From a virus (taxonomy: Duplodnaviria > Caudoviricetes), in IMG/VR virus record IMGVR_UViG_3300024051_000139, positions 1 through 59,477 of that record: a stretch of DNA of 59,477 nt. One strand, 5' to 3'. This document shows positions 36,841 through 47,386 of this stretch, in pieces; within the stretch, counting starts at the first letter, position 1, and the number at the start of each line of letters is the position of its first letter. The position numbers were made by a program, and so were the translations under genes. A model generated the notes under the pieces. It made no database searches. It was given only the letters and a program-made list of their open reading frames with translations, and was not told the DNA's origin.

Positions 36841-36989
36841 GGAAACATCCTCGATGATTGGGAAAGGCACCGAGGGGGAGAGGCCGCAAAAAGCCCGCGG
36901 GTCCGGTCAGGAGCCGGAGAGGCCGCGGGCTTTGCAGGTCCGCCCGTGTGCTGATCTCGACGATAAGCGGGCGGAAGTCCGGTCAACTT

Positions 36990-37832
36990 TTACCGGCCGG
37001 GGAAATGCCGGCTGTAGGCGTCGTCGTATTTCTTGCGCAGATCCGGATCGAAACGCTGGGCCGGATCCTTGTGGTCACGGTTGCGCGGGTCGATGCGCGG
37101 ATCGGCATCCAGTTTCTTCAGGTCATCGGGCGTCAGTTCGCCCTGGGCGCCGCCCTGGCCGGAAATCCGGATGCCGTTGTCGGAGAGGCGGCCGGACAGG
37201 GCTCGGAGCAGAACGTTGCCGACAGCCGTGTCGGTGAAGCCGACAAGGGCCGCCTCGACGTCCGCCTTGAGATTGTCGGGGATGCCTGACAGCTGGGCTG
37301 CCAGGCCTTTCGCGAAGGTCTCGTTCGCGGTCAGCGCTTCGTGGGTTCCCTTCTGATCGAGCCCCATGGCCGTCTGGAAGCTCTTCAGCTCGGCGCCTGG
37401 ATCGAACGGGGCCGGCAGCAGCCCTGCGTCGACCATCGGCGCATAGGTATCGGCAATGAAGCCGGCGAACTGGTCCTGGCTGAGGCCGTACTTGTGCGCA
37501 GCTTCCCGCGCATGGCCGAAGGCGGGGTTATTGGCGAGGTCGCCGAAGTACGGCTTGAGCTTGTCGCCCGGATCGAAGGTGTAGAGGTCCGGCTTTTCCA
37601 GTGCGGCCGGCATCTTTGCGAGCTTCTCGCGCATGCCGCCGAAACGGGTGTTGAGGTCGGTGTATCCTGTGAGCAATTTGCCAAGTGCTTCGTCGGCGCT
37701 CGCGCCCGAGAATTCGGCGGGCAGGCCCTGGGGGGCGCTCCATGCGCCGCCGCCGCCGCCCGGATCACCGCCGCCAGTACCTTCGCCGCCGGCTTCGAAG
37801 AGCGGCATATGCCGTTCGAGGATAGTTCTCAT
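36990..37832 (-). CDS. Scaffold-like protein
   Basis: Gly-rich N-terminus, 'PDLYTF', 'HKYGLSQDQF'; directly upstream of capsid. Confidence 0.65.
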   Translation of the reverse strand: MRTILERHMPLFEAGGEGTGGGDPGGGGGAWSAPQGLPAEFSGASADEALGKLLTGYTDLNTRFGGMREKLAKMPAALEKPDLYTFDPGDKLKPYFGDLANNPAFGHAREAAHKYGLSQDQFAGFIADTYAPMVDAGLLPAPFDPGAELKSFQTAMGLDQKGTHEALTANETFAKGLAAQLSGIPDNLKADVEAALVGFTDTAVGNVLLRALSGRLSDNGIRISGQGGAQGELTPDDLKKLDADPRIDPRNRDHKDPAQRFDPDLRKKYDDAYSRHFPGR

Positions 37833-37846
37833 GTCACGCCTTCCTT

Positions 37847-38215
37847 TCAGGTCTCCCGAGGCTTGATGGCCTCTTGATTGCCGAGCGAAATCTGCCGGGC
37901 AATTTCATGCGCGAGGGCGTTCTGTCCCTCGCGAAACGCGCCGAACACGGCCATGGACATGGGGTCCAGCCCGAGCTGCACGAAAAAGACAGTGCGCCGT
38001 AGCGTGGTGTCGAACAGCCGCTCGAGCGCTTTCTTCCCGTCGGCGCTCCGGGCAAACCGGGCCCAGGCGCGGGAGATTGCCTTTGCGTCCTCGGCATCCC
38101 TCTCCTGCTGGATATCCAGAGCGCGCTTGACGCTCGGGTCGGCCTTTTCGAACCAGTCCCACCCGCCCTGGGCCGCGCTGCCGATGATGTTCTGAATATC
38201 CTGCGGGCTGATCAT
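37847..38215 (-). CDS. Conserved phage protein (Bbp19-like)
   Basis: 'DGKKALERL...AFREGQNAL'; between portal and scaffold. Confidence 0.6.
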   Translation of the reverse strand: MISPQDIQNIIGSAAQGGWDWFEKADPSVKRALDIQQERDAEDAKAISRAWARFARSADGKKALERLFDTTLRRTVFFVQLGLDPMSMAVFGAFREGQNALAHEIARQISLGNQEAIKPRET

Positions 38216-39750
38216 GTTGTCGCTCCTGTAACGCCGGCGGCCGCGGCGGCAGCCTGAAGCGCGGCGGTCTGCGCTGCCGCCTCGTCCATTTTCTCGCGTT
38301 CGTCGCTGGTGACGATGTAGTTATCGGGCACACCGAGCTGGCGCCCGATGTCGGAGAGCGCGACCTCGATATGTGCGACGCGATTGGCGCCCTGCTGCAG
38401 GATCATCAGCACCATCTGCAGCCACTGAATGATCTTCTCGATGCGCTGGGCTTCACGGGCGATCGACAAGGGCGACTGTATCTTGACCTTCGTGATCAGC
38501 TGGTCGATCGGGATTTCGTTGCGGATGAGGCCGCGATTGTAGGCGAGCTCGAGCACGCGCTTGATGGCCGGAATGGTGACTTCCTTGATCAGGCGACCGT
38601 AGGCGCCGAGATGGTCGGATGCCAGGCGCTTGACCCGCTCCAGGATCTCGGTTGCCGAGCGCACAGCAGCGCCGTCGGCCGGAAGGCTCTGGTCCATCAT
38701 GGTGGCCTTCACGCCCATGCGCAGATCGTTGAGCACGATATTCTGCAGGTCGAGGCGCGGATCCGGGAAGCGATTGACGGACGGCCCGAGCGTGCCGCCG
38801 TTGCGCGCGACCTTCCAGAACACGCCTGGCTGCACGGCCGCCAGATCCGGATTGAAGACGCCATCGTCGATGGCGGTGTATATCCCGAGCATCGCGATCG
38901 CTGCCGCCTGGAGCTGCAGACGGGCGGCTGTGTTGACCGTCTTGATCGTCGGCATGGCGAGCATAACGGGGCCGCGGCCCATGGTTTCGCCAGGGACGCG
39001 GAAATACCGCGGGACCAACCACGGGCAGGTCCGCGACTGGGACGAAAAGATGATGGTGTCCTGCTTGTTGCACCAGACAAGCATGTGCCAGCGGCGTGAC
39101 TTGCGATCATAGACGGTATCGACGTTGACCTCCAGCTCGCCCTCCGGCTTCAGCCGGTGCATCTCCTTGAGATCGAGCCCGAACTTACCCTCCGACCAGG
39201 TGTCGAAGAGAACGCGGACTGTCATCTTCCTGGTCCAGAAGATGCCGGAGAGCTTGTTGTTCGGCCCCTGCTCGATCAGGAGCTCGTTGATCGGGACGGA
39301 GATCGGCTCCCACAACAGGTCCGGCTCGTCGCTGGGGTTCATGAGGATGGCGCCGGTTCCGGCGGAAAGGTCGAGAGCCATTTCGTGGAACGCCATGTCC
39401 CAGTCGCCGTCCTCGAAGAACGCCTGGGCGACCTTGCTGATCGGCCCGAGCTGCCTGCCGAATTCCTCGCGCTCGCGTTCGTCCATCACCAGCGGGCCGG
39501 GCTCCAGCTTGAAATTCTCCTGCCCGGCCGGCCAGAAGTCCTGCTGCACCTTGCCTGCGAACCGGAACGCGCTGTCGATCGCCGTGTGGTCGAAGACCTG
39601 GTCCACGCGCCTTTCGGCGGGGCCGGTATCCTTGGTCGACTTCCGGAAAGGTATCGCGTACTGATACGCCTCGTCGAGCATGGGCTGGAAGGCGTTCCGC
39701 TCCTGCTGGGCGTGGTTGCGCCGCGCCTTGAGCTTGCTGACTTCGAACAT
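38212..39750 (-). CDS. Portal (head-to-tail connector, T7 gp8-like)
   Basis: 'VFDHTAIDS', 'PGETMGRGP', 'RSATEILER'. Confidence 0.92.
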   Translation of the reverse strand: MFEVSKLKARRNHAQQERNAFQPMLDEAYQYAIPFRKSTKDTGPAERRVDQVFDHTAIDSAFRFAGKVQQDFWPAGQENFKLEPGPLVMDEREREEFGRQLGPISKVAQAFFEDGDWDMAFHEMALDLSAGTGAILMNPSDEPDLLWEPISVPINELLIEQGPNNKLSGIFWTRKMTVRVLFDTWSEGKFGLDLKEMHRLKPEGELEVNVDTVYDRKSRRWHMLVWCNKQDTIIFSSQSRTCPWLVPRYFRVPGETMGRGPVMLAMPTIKTVNTAARLQLQAAAIAMLGIYTAIDDGVFNPDLAAVQPGVFWKVARNGGTLGPSVNRFPDPRLDLQNIVLNDLRMGVKATMMDQSLPADGAAVRSATEILERVKRLASDHLGAYGRLIKEVTIPAIKRVLELAYNRGLIRNEIPIDQLITKVKIQSPLSIAREAQRIEKIIQWLQMVLMILQQGANRVAHIEVALSDIGRQLGVPDNYIVTSDEREKMDEAAAQTAALQAAAAAAGVTGATT

Positions 39751-39977
39751 CAGACCTGCCCGAACTTGTTCGGCCCCTCGCCGGAAAGCCCTGTCAGGAA
39801 GGTCAGAAGGCGCCCGCCGTTCTTGCGGCCGGTCGGGCCTGCGGACGCCTGGTCGACCTCGGCCTGCTGCCGCGCCAGTTCAGCCAGCGTACGGCGTTGC
39901 TGCTGTTCCGCGTTCTGCTTCGCCAGCGCGTTCGCCTTGTCCGCAGTTTTGTTGCCGCCGCCGAGCAAATTCGCCAT
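39750..39977 (-). CDS. Hypothetical protein
   Basis: Start MANLLGGG at 39977; coupled to the portal gene. Confidence 0.55.
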   Translation of the reverse strand: MANLLGGGNKTADKANALAKQNAEQQQRRTLAELARQQAEVDQASAGPTGRKNGGRLLTFLTGLSGEGPNKFGQV

Positions 39978-40347
39978 GCCAGATTTCCCCGTATTCGACT
40001 GTTTGCACGAAACGAAAGCCGAGCCGCCGCGCGATCGTGCGGCCGGCTTGCGAGGTGCAGAGCACCACGATTTCAGGGTAGTCACGGGAAACTAGGGTCA
40101 ACCGGATCTGGCGGATAATGAAGCCCATGTGCCTGCCGGCATCCGGACGCACATTGAACCAGGCTTCCGCACCGCCCTCGATGGGATAGAGCCCAAAGAG
40201 GCCGATCAGCTGATCGCCGTCCTGCAGGGCGAATGTCTCGCCGCCGCGCCACATCTCCCGAGCGATCATCCAGCCGGTGCGCGTGCCGGCGCCGCCCATC
40301 TCGGCCATGTCGAACAGGGTGGCGGGGTTGCGGACGATCAGTGCCAT
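39880..40347 (-). CDS. Hypothetical protein (possible GNAT-like fold)
   Basis: 'GLFGLYP..GAEAWF', 'ARRLGFRF'. Confidence 0.55.
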   Translation of the reverse strand: MALIVRNPATLFDMAEMGGAGTRTGWMIAREMWRGGETFALQDGDQLIGLFGLYPIEGGAEAWFNVRPDAGRHMGFIIRQIRLTLVSRDYPEIVVLCTSQAGRTIARRLGFRFVQTVEYGEIWHGEFARRRQQNCGQGERAGEAERGTAATPYAG

Positions 40348-42017
40348 GATGTCCCGACCTTGTGCGGATCGAAACTCCCCCGACCCTGCCCCCAGCCGGA
40401 AGAGCCGCGGGGCGGCCGCTGGTCGCGCAGCTGATCACGATCGGCAGCGCCCCGGATGATGGCGGACCGACCGCGAATGCCGCCAATGAGGTATTGAAGC
40501 GCGTCCTGAAGGTCGGCCCAGGGATGCGTTTTTTCGGGCTGCTCTTCGAATTCGGTCGATGCGGTTTCCTTCCTGCGCTTGAACCGGTACTTTCCGTCGA
40601 AGCCCTCGAGAAGCAGCGGGCACTTCACCGGGCAGATCAGGAGCTCGCTATCGGCTTCGTGATAGCCTCGCAGCTCCGTCTTCACGGCATCCAGGCGCAA
40701 CCCCAGTTCGTTGGACCCGCCGAAGGGGATCAGCACGGGCAATCGCAGGATCTGCGCGAGCGTCTCCATCGCAGCCAACTGGCCACCCTCCTTGTCGGCG
40801 CCATATTCGGAGGCGGGGTCGGCCCATATCCGGATCCGCGACGCATCGGCATAGTCGGCCTCGATCTTTCGCAGCAACCCCTCGCCAAAGCGGGCGGCGC
40901 CGACGCCATGGCCGAGATAGAGCTCATCGAGGACCACGATGCGGGCGCCCTTGGCCTGACCGAGGACCGCCGCCGGGTTGAGTGTATTCATGGAGATGTC
41001 GATGCCGATGCCCAGCGGCAGGCGCGGGTCGAACTCGACACGCCATCTGGCGACATGGGCCGAACGATTGAATTTCTCGTAGACAGGCTTGCCGTGGCGG
41101 GAATAGCCAAATTCGTTGTCGACCATGCGCTTGACGAAATGTTCGTCCTGGTTGCGCATCAGGCGCTCATAGTAGTCCTGGTCCAGCATGATGCGGTTTT
41201 CGGCAAACTCGGATCGGCCGGACGGCTGGATATACAGGTGGCGGTCTTCGGTCGGTGCTTTCACGAATTTCTTGTATACGTGATTATCGACCGTCGGCGC
41301 ATTGAGGTCACCGATGACTTGCCGCTGCCGCTGCCCGGAAACCACGGGATGCCCCAGCTTCCTGCCGAGTTCCTCGAGCTCCTGCACCGTGAGCAGGATG
41401 TTTGCAGATGGATAGCGGCCGACGCGCTGCTCCACGTCGTCGATCGCACCGTCGGCGTGCGTATCAGCCTCGTTGAGCCATGCGCCGGAATACTCGCGCC
41501 CCTTCATCAAGGTTTCGATCGAGTTTTCACCAAGACCGGCGAATTCGGTCACGACCTCGATCCGGATCCCGTCGGAGCCCATGAAGCGAAGCGTATGCGT
41601 CACCGGCCGGTCATTGCCGCCCGCCCATTTCGAACCCGCAAATCCCTTCGGAAACCACTGCTTCCAGCTTTCGAGAACGGTCTTTTCGGCCGACCGGAAG
41701 GTGTCGCGCAAAACGACCCACCGGCACATCCGTGTGGGTTTCTGATCCTCCGGGTGCCAGGCGACCGGCGCCAGCGTGGCGGCCATGATGCGCCGAAACG
41801 CGCACGCGGTGGTCTTTCCGCCGCCGAGCGGCCCCATGATGAAGCTGGTGAGATAGGGCGAGTTCAGGAAGGCCTGACCGACAGGGCCCGGCGGCGTGTA
41901 GTCGAACGGATCGAAGTCGCCGATAACATCGAGGTCGAGCACGAGCTTGCGCAGCTGCTCGTCTGTGTGAACCAGCAGGTCGTCGCGGGTGACAAGGCTG
42001 GAGATATGCTGGCTCAT
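40338..42017 (-). CDS. terL: Terminase large subunit
   Basis: Walker A 'GPLGGGKTT', 'AWLNEA', 'GIGID', 'HPWADLQDALQY'. Confidence 0.9.
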   Translation of the reverse strand: MSQHISSLVTRDDLLVHTDEQLRKLVLDLDVIGDFDPFDYTPPGPVGQAFLNSPYLTSFIMGPLGGGKTTACAFRRIMAATLAPVAWHPEDQKPTRMCRWVVLRDTFRSAEKTVLESWKQWFPKGFAGSKWAGGNDRPVTHTLRFMGSDGIRIEVVTEFAGLGENSIETLMKGREYSGAWLNEADTHADGAIDDVEQRVGRYPSANILLTVQELEELGRKLGHPVVSGQRQRQVIGDLNAPTVDNHVYKKFVKAPTEDRHLYIQPSGRSEFAENRIMLDQDYYERLMRNQDEHFVKRMVDNEFGYSRHGKPVYEKFNRSAHVARWRVEFDPRLPLGIGIDISMNTLNPAAVLGQAKGARIVVLDELYLGHGVGAARFGEGLLRKIEADYADASRIRIWADPASEYGADKEGGQLAAMETLAQILRLPVLIPFGGSNELGLRLDAVKTELRGYHEADSELLICPVKCPLLLEGFDGKYRFKRRKETASTEFEEQPEKTHPWADLQDALQYLIGGIRGRSAIIRGAADRDQLRDQRPPRGSSGWGQGRGSFDPHKVGTSWH

Positions 42018-42539
42018 GGGCGCCAGCCCATGCAGCAGGAAAGAGCCGGCGCGCGCATCAGCGCGGGCGCGCCGGCACCGTTGAAGCCGACCGCAGGCCG
42101 GAGGCCGGAGGGCGTCCGCTTTCCCTCCCCCTTCGCACCCGACAGCAAAGAAATCTTGCGCAGAGAGGCAAGAACGGGCGTTGACATGAGCACGTTCTCC
42201 CGGACCCCGACCCCTAGGCGGAAGAGTTCAGGCGCGGCGCAAGATGCCAAACGCACAACCCTGCCGAGCCTTTGAGCTGATTGCTCAAATGGAGATCGGT
42301 GCGCGCACGCGGGGTCCTTGGGGGTGGGGTGCCCCCCCTTCGGGGGAAAGCCGCCGGCGGCCCGGGGGCCGAGGGGTGATGCCCCCCTGGCATAACCTGC
42401 GCGGCTGACGCTGCCCAGGGCGAGGCGACCGGGCAAAACATGGCGGTCCCCCTCCAAATGCAACTGATTTCCTATCAGTGTGACGCATTGATTTTGTTGA
42501 TCTTTTGGCAACATGTCACATATCCGTGTGACTTCCCGT

Positions 42540-43100
42540 CTATTCATTTCGATCCCGATCCTTTAAGTCTTTGATTTCATTGGCCGTCAATTCGACCATC
42601 GGCCGGCCGACCGTGAGGCGCTTGGCCTGGACGATATGAGCCTGCTCCAGCTGGTTGGTTCCCGCATTGATGACCAGGACGGGCAGGCGCTCATCGTCCG
42701 GCGCATCCCGCGCCGGGGCCTTGCCGTGCAGGTAGGGCGCCAGCTTGTCGGCCACGCTCATTTGCATCTCGACGATGTCGGAGAGCGAGGGCACCGCCTG
42801 GCCGAAGAGCTTGCCGATCGCCTTCTGCGTCCGCTCATGCTCGATGAACCAGGACTGGAGCGCCACCGGATCGGCCGACATGAACTCGGCCTGCAGCTGC
42901 AGCGGGTCCTTGAAGCCCTGGGCATCGTACCAGGACGCAAAGTCCTGCGTCTTCCGGTTCATCGAGCCCTTCGGCCGGCCACGGCCACGCCGGCCGGCGA
43001 CGCGCGGGTCCGGATCGCGCTCGAGGCTGGCCGCCGCATCGGCACGCCAATCCCAACCGTCGCCGCCATTATCTTCGAGTTCTTTATTCCGATCCGTCAC
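42540..43100 (-). CDS. Putative terminase small subunit
   Basis: 'GRGRPKGSMNRKT', 'KLAPYLHGK'; upstream of terL. Confidence 0.7.
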   Translation of the reverse strand: MTDRNKELEDNGGDGWDWRADAAASLERDPDPRVAGRRGRGRPKGSMNRKTQDFASWYDAQGFKDPLQLQAEFMSADPVALQSWFIEHERTQKAIGKLFGQAVPSLSDIVEMQMSVADKLAPYLHGKAPARDAPDDERLPVLVINAGTNQLEQAHIVQAKRLTVGRPMVELTANEIKDLKDRDRNE

Positions 43101-43107
43101 GCCGCAC

Positions 43108-43340
43108 TGTCTAGAGATTGTCTAGCCTCTGTCTAATGATAATTATTCAATAATTTCATATAGTTATATATGAAATTAGACGACTAGACAGTTAGACAAC
43201 GTGTTTCCTCATATGCATGCGCCCGCTTGCGCACATTATGAGGGGATGGGCTGTCTAGCTGTCTAACCGTCTAAAAATTCACGTAACAGGCTGATATCAT
43301 TCGCAAACCCCAATTAGACACTCATTAGACAGTTAGACAG
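43108..43340. repeat. Putative replication origin: 12 GTCTA/TAGAC repeats in two inverted arrays
   Basis: 3x GTCTA, AT-rich palindrome TAATTTCATATA-N4-TATATGAAATTA (43151-43178), 3x TAGAC; the pattern repeats at 43252-43340. Confidence 0.7.
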
Positions 43341-43494
43341 TTTCCAAGGCGGGCACCACACGCCTGGGGATACGCTACACGAGGGCAAAAACCGTCAACC
43401 GCGCCGTTTCCAGCACGAGAAGGGGTTGGGGGCCGGGTTCTGCCGCCAAGAAACACGCAAAAGGGCGGGCCTCTGCTGCCGCAGGTTGCTGCGC

Positions 43495-45345
43495 TCATCG
43501 TGCTAGCCACCTCGTATATTCGGTGAGGGAGATGAAGCTGCACCGTCGCTGCTGGCCGGCGACGGTGACGCGATTGTCAATTTGCCCAGGCTTCAGCTCC
43601 ACTTGGGTCTTCGCCACGCTGGGCTCGCCGCGCCGGAGGGCGTAATGCCAGTTGCCCTGGTGCCCAGTGGAGAACGATGTCCCTGCGAGCGCCTTGGCGA
43701 GCACCCTGCTCTGGTGAGGAATGGCGAGCATGAACTTACCCTTGTGGCTCGGGTCGTCGATCAGGCCTATATCGATCAGCGCCAGGCGATCGCGGAGATC
43801 CGAGACACTGCCCCCGTTCTTCAGCTGCTCGAGCTCGTGCGCCACGGTGCGGCGAGCCCCGCCCGAATAGTTCTCGATCACGCTGCCCATGATCGCATTG
43901 AGGGCCTGCTCCCAGGCCGCAGATTTACCCTCGAGCTCGGGCACTTTGTCGGCGGCCAGCCATTCTCCCCATCTGTAGAGATCATCCTCTGGCAGCCCGA
44001 GGCGCTTCCGGCCCTCCTTACCCAGAAGCACATGCGCCACGGCCAGGAAGGTGCCGAACGTCTTTTGCCCACGGCTGTCATGGCCATGGTCGCGCAGGAT
44101 ATTAGCAAATTCGTCAAGCTGTTCCTGCAAATCCTTCCACCTGTCTGCGAGGATACGCAGTAGGCGCGGGCCGACCGTCTCCGCCGCCTCAAGCGTCGGC
44201 GGCTTGTTGGTGGCGGCCTTCAGCGGGTGCAGCTCGATGATCGCCAGACGGGTCAGGGAGGCCGGCGGCATGGGCGGCGGATTGATGCCGGAAAAGAAGA
44301 AGGTGGATTGCGCCTGGAACTCGACGCCCTTGTGGTTCTGGCCGCCACGGATGCGGATCGATCCGCTGGCCGCGTCGCGCGCCATCTTGATGACCTTCTG
44401 GGCCTGCTCGACGCCCTCATCGCCCTCGAGCTCGTCGATGGCGATCGGCACACTGTCATGACCGACGAGCTGATAGAGGCCGGCCTCCGTCGCATTCGTG
44501 GTCGAGACCATCATTCGGCCGAGCACGGTCTTCAGCACGCCCTCTGGCCCTGTTAGCTCCGACTTGCCGACGCCGGCATCGCCGACGATCATGATCGACG
44601 GCCGCCATGACAGCGCGCCGCCGAGCATGGCAACGCCTATCGAGCCCAGGAGCAGAACTGCATCGACCTGGCCGCGGCCCATGTTCCACGTCTTGAGAAT
44701 CTCGACGAGGCGCGGCGCTGGATTGTCCTCCGGCAGCACGGGATCTGGCCAGGGCGACATGGATCTCGGCCGCCGGACATACAGATACTCGCCGACCTCC
44801 CCGGTCTCGACGATCTCGCCGTTCATATACATGTGGTCGCCGCAATGCAGGATCAGCTGCCCTTGGGGATCGCGCCAGGCTCCACGGCCTCGCACCAGGC
44901 TGCTCGGCGACCAGGCGCCACGTTCCCTGCAGGCGGCATAGAGTGCGCGGCGCACCATCTCGGACTTGAAGCCGGTCACGCGGCCCTTGTTGTCGAAGCT
45001 GGGAAACGCCCAGTCGAGCCAGGCCTCATGGCCGGCAAAAAGCTTCTGCAGGCGCTCGACGCCCATCGAGGCGGTGCCCGTGTTGAAGACCTGCCCCATC
45101 GTATCGACGAAATAATAGTCCTCGCCGTCATAGCCGAGCGGCCGCACTGGGCAGTTGTAGGGCAGATGGCCCGTCGCATCGAAAACGCCCTCCTCCAGCC
45201 AGGCGCCCGGCTTCAGCCCGTCGAGGGCCATGCCGCGCGGCGGATAGGCCGCCTGCCGCTCCTCGATCTTACGCTGCACTTTCTGGGTGGCGCTGCGGAT
45301 CAGTCCCCCGACTTTTCGCGCGCCGACGTCTTTTTCGTCTGTCAT
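43495..45345 (-). CDS. P-loop NTPase (replicative helicase-like)
   Basis: Walker A 'GDAGVGKS', Walker B 'IAIDELE'; downstream of primase. Confidence 0.75.
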   Translation of the reverse strand: MTDEKDVGARKVGGLIRSATQKVQRKIEERQAAYPPRGMALDGLKPGAWLEEGVFDATGHLPYNCPVRPLGYDGEDYYFVDTMGQVFNTGTASMGVERLQKLFAGHEAWLDWAFPSFDNKGRVTGFKSEMVRRALYAACRERGAWSPSSLVRGRGAWRDPQGQLILHCGDHMYMNGEIVETGEVGEYLYVRRPRSMSPWPDPVLPEDNPAPRLVEILKTWNMGRGQVDAVLLLGSIGVAMLGGALSWRPSIMIVGDAGVGKSELTGPEGVLKTVLGRMMVSTTNATEAGLYQLVGHDSVPIAIDELEGDEGVEQAQKVIKMARDAASGSIRIRGGQNHKGVEFQAQSTFFFSGINPPPMPPASLTRLAIIELHPLKAATNKPPTLEAAETVGPRLLRILADRWKDLQEQLDEFANILRDHGHDSRGQKTFGTFLAVAHVLLGKEGRKRLGLPEDDLYRWGEWLAADKVPELEGKSAAWEQALNAIMGSVIENYSGGARRTVAHELEQLKNGGSVSDLRDRLALIDIGLIDDPSHKGKFMLAIPHQSRVLAKALAGTSFSTGHQGNWHYALRRGEPSVAKTQVELKPGQIDNRVTVAGQQRRCSFISLTEYTRWLAR

Positions 45346-45416
45346 CAAAAAAAATTCCGGAGGACCGGAAAACGGGTGCAAAACCCGCCTTCCGGTTGAC
45401 AAATGATCGATCAATT

Positions 45417-46307
45417 TCAGGTGGTCGATTTGCCCTTGCGGGTCTTTTTGGCCGTCACCGGCTGATCAGCGCCCTCGTCACCGCCGCCGTCTTGCGCGTC
45501 TGCCACCGGCGCCGCCAGTTCGTCAGCCGGCGCAAACGCCCCGCCTGGTTCGTCCTGGTCTCCATCGCCACAGTCGCCAGATAGGCCAGGTACAGCGCCC
45601 TGTGCAGCCGGATCCGCCGCCGGCGTACCGCCCGCTTCTTGTCCATCGTTTGCAGGATTTTCCGCATCGCCCTTTTCCTCCCTCTGCCCGGCGCTGAGAC
45701 CGGCCGGTTTCCCCTGCTCTTCCTCGGCGATCGCCATGCCGGCGGACTGGCCGACTTCGCCCTCGGCCGCCGTCTGGGCGGCCACCTGTTCCTCGAGGCG
45801 CCGCCGATCGGCGGCCTCCTGGTCGGCGAGCCATTGCTTCTGATAGGCTTCCTGGTCTCCCATCCCGCCGTGCGGCTCGAAGATGCTGTCCTCGAGCTTC
45901 AGCCCCGCGGACGACAGCGTATCGCCGAGAGGGATGAGCTCGCGTGCGTCGAGCTGGGCGAGCTCAAGACGGTGATGAGCGCGCATGCAGGTATCCGTGA
46001 ATATCTCGAAAGCGAGCCGCCGGGCGAGAGGCACGGCGCGATAGTCCTCGCCCTCGTTGATGACGATCCCGTGCATTCCGGCCCAGCGCCAGAGCTGCTC
46101 GGCCGGAATATCCCGCCCGTCGACATAGCGCGCCATGTCGAGCACATCCTTCTCGATACCGGCATCGTCGTCGGGGTCGGAGCCGAACCAGGTGCGCGGC
46201 CCAGCCGGGATATCATCGTCCTCGGTCATGGCAAGGTAGAGCTGCGTCGCCGCGACGTGCGCCACCGCCCCGCCGAGATCCGCTGCGTCCAGTTCCAAGA
46301 TGTTCAT
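45417..46307 (-). CDS. Hypothetical acidic protein
   Basis: Start MNILELD at 46307, coupled (TGATG) to the primase stop. Confidence 0.6.
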   Translation of the reverse strand: MNILELDAADLGGAVAHVAATQLYLAMTEDDDIPAGPRTWFGSDPDDDAGIEKDVLDMARYVDGRDIPAEQLWRWAGMHGIVINEGEDYRAVPLARRLAFEIFTDTCMRAHHRLELAQLDARELIPLGDTLSSAGLKLEDSIFEPHGGMGDQEAYQKQWLADQEAADRRRLEEQVAAQTAAEGEVGQSAGMAIAEEEQGKPAGLSAGQREEKGDAENPANDGQEAGGTPAADPAAQGAVPGLSGDCGDGDQDEPGGAFAPADELAAPVADAQDGGGDEGADQPVTAKKTRKGKSTT

Positions 46308-47383
46308 CACCATCCACTCCCTATTGCGTCGTTGACATCCTTCCCCCAGTCGGCCGGCATCGAGACGACCTCGACCGGCTTCCGGAAGCTCTTGAGACGG
46401 GCGATCGCCAGGTCGAATTGCTCCTGCGCCTGGCGTTTGCCCCAGTCGTTGTCCTTGAAAACGATCCATCCGTTGACGGCCGGGTGATCGGGTACGCTGC
46501 GGAAGCCGGACAGGCTGCCACAGGACCACATCCGCAGCTCGGGCTCGGCGATCGCGGCGGAGAGCCCGTCCTCGATGCCTTCGACAAGACCGCAAAGACC
46601 CATTACGCCCTGGGCGGCGGCGTCCTCCGCCGAGAGCCCGCTCATGCCGTTGGTCAGGCGGATGACGAGCCCTGACGTCGCCGGGTACATCATCTTCGCC
46701 TTTTCGACCTCGGCCTTACCGCCGCCGTCGGGCCGGAGGAACGTGTAATGGCAAGCGCCGATCTTCCCGCCGGCGTCGACCATGGCGGCGATCATCGCCG
46801 GCATCTTCGGCTTGCCCGGCAAGCGCCAATATTCGCAGTCGCGGCGATAGCGCAGCGAGCGGCCGAGATGCGGCACCAGGTCGATCGGCACATGCCGGGA
46901 GGCGAGATAGGCGGACGCCGGCGTGCCGATCACGGTCGGGCAGCAGGCATAGAAGAACTTGCGGGCACGATCGACCTGGTCCTTGTGGGCCCGTTCGTCC
47001 TTGGCCTCCTCGGCAACCTTGCGGGTGCGCGCCTCGGCGGCCAGTTGCTCGCGTTGTTCGCGCGGCATGTTCCGGATGCCAAACCGATCCTCGATCCACT
47101 CCACGGCAACCATGCGCGTGTCGCTGTCGACGGCGCCCTTCAGCCCGAGCGCGACGAGGTCGATCGCGTCCCCCGTTTCGCCGGAAACGAAGTCCTTCCA
47201 GCCGCCGCGCCGCGCGCCGGTCAGCCAGACCACCATCTGGCTTTCCTTCGCCCCGGGCCGCGACTTGTTGACGACGTTCCACAGGTTCTTGCCCTTGAAT
47301 GCACGCTTGGCGCCAAAGATATCCGCAAGGATGCTCTCGAGGCTGCCGACGACGTGGTCCTTGGCGACGGAGAAGCGACTCAT
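46307..47383 (-). CDS. TOPRIM-domain DNA primase
   Basis: 'TGDAIDLV', 'YLASR', 'VEGIEDGLS', 'KDND'. Confidence 0.85.
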   Translation of the reverse strand: MSRFSVAKDHVVGSLESILADIFGAKRAFKGKNLWNVVNKSRPGAKESQMVVWLTGARRGGWKDFVSGETGDAIDLVALGLKGAVDSDTRMVAVEWIEDRFGIRNMPREQREQLAAEARTRKVAEEAKDERAHKDQVDRARKFFYACCPTVIGTPASAYLASRHVPIDLVPHLGRSLRYRRDCEYWRLPGKPKMPAMIAAMVDAGGKIGACHYTFLRPDGGGKAEVEKAKMMYPATSGLVIRLTNGMSGLSAEDAAAQGVMGLCGLVEGIEDGLSAAIAEPELRMWSCGSLSGFRSVPDHPAVNGWIVFKDNDWGKRQAQEQFDLAIARLKSFRKPVEVVSMPADWGKDVNDAIGSGW

Positions 47384-47386
47384 ATC

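Noticed and set aside
42014-42547. 177-aa ORF bridging terS and terL
   Set aside because: Low-complexity Gly/Pro/Arg translation with no recognisable motif. It does overlap both flanking genes, so it is not fully excluded.
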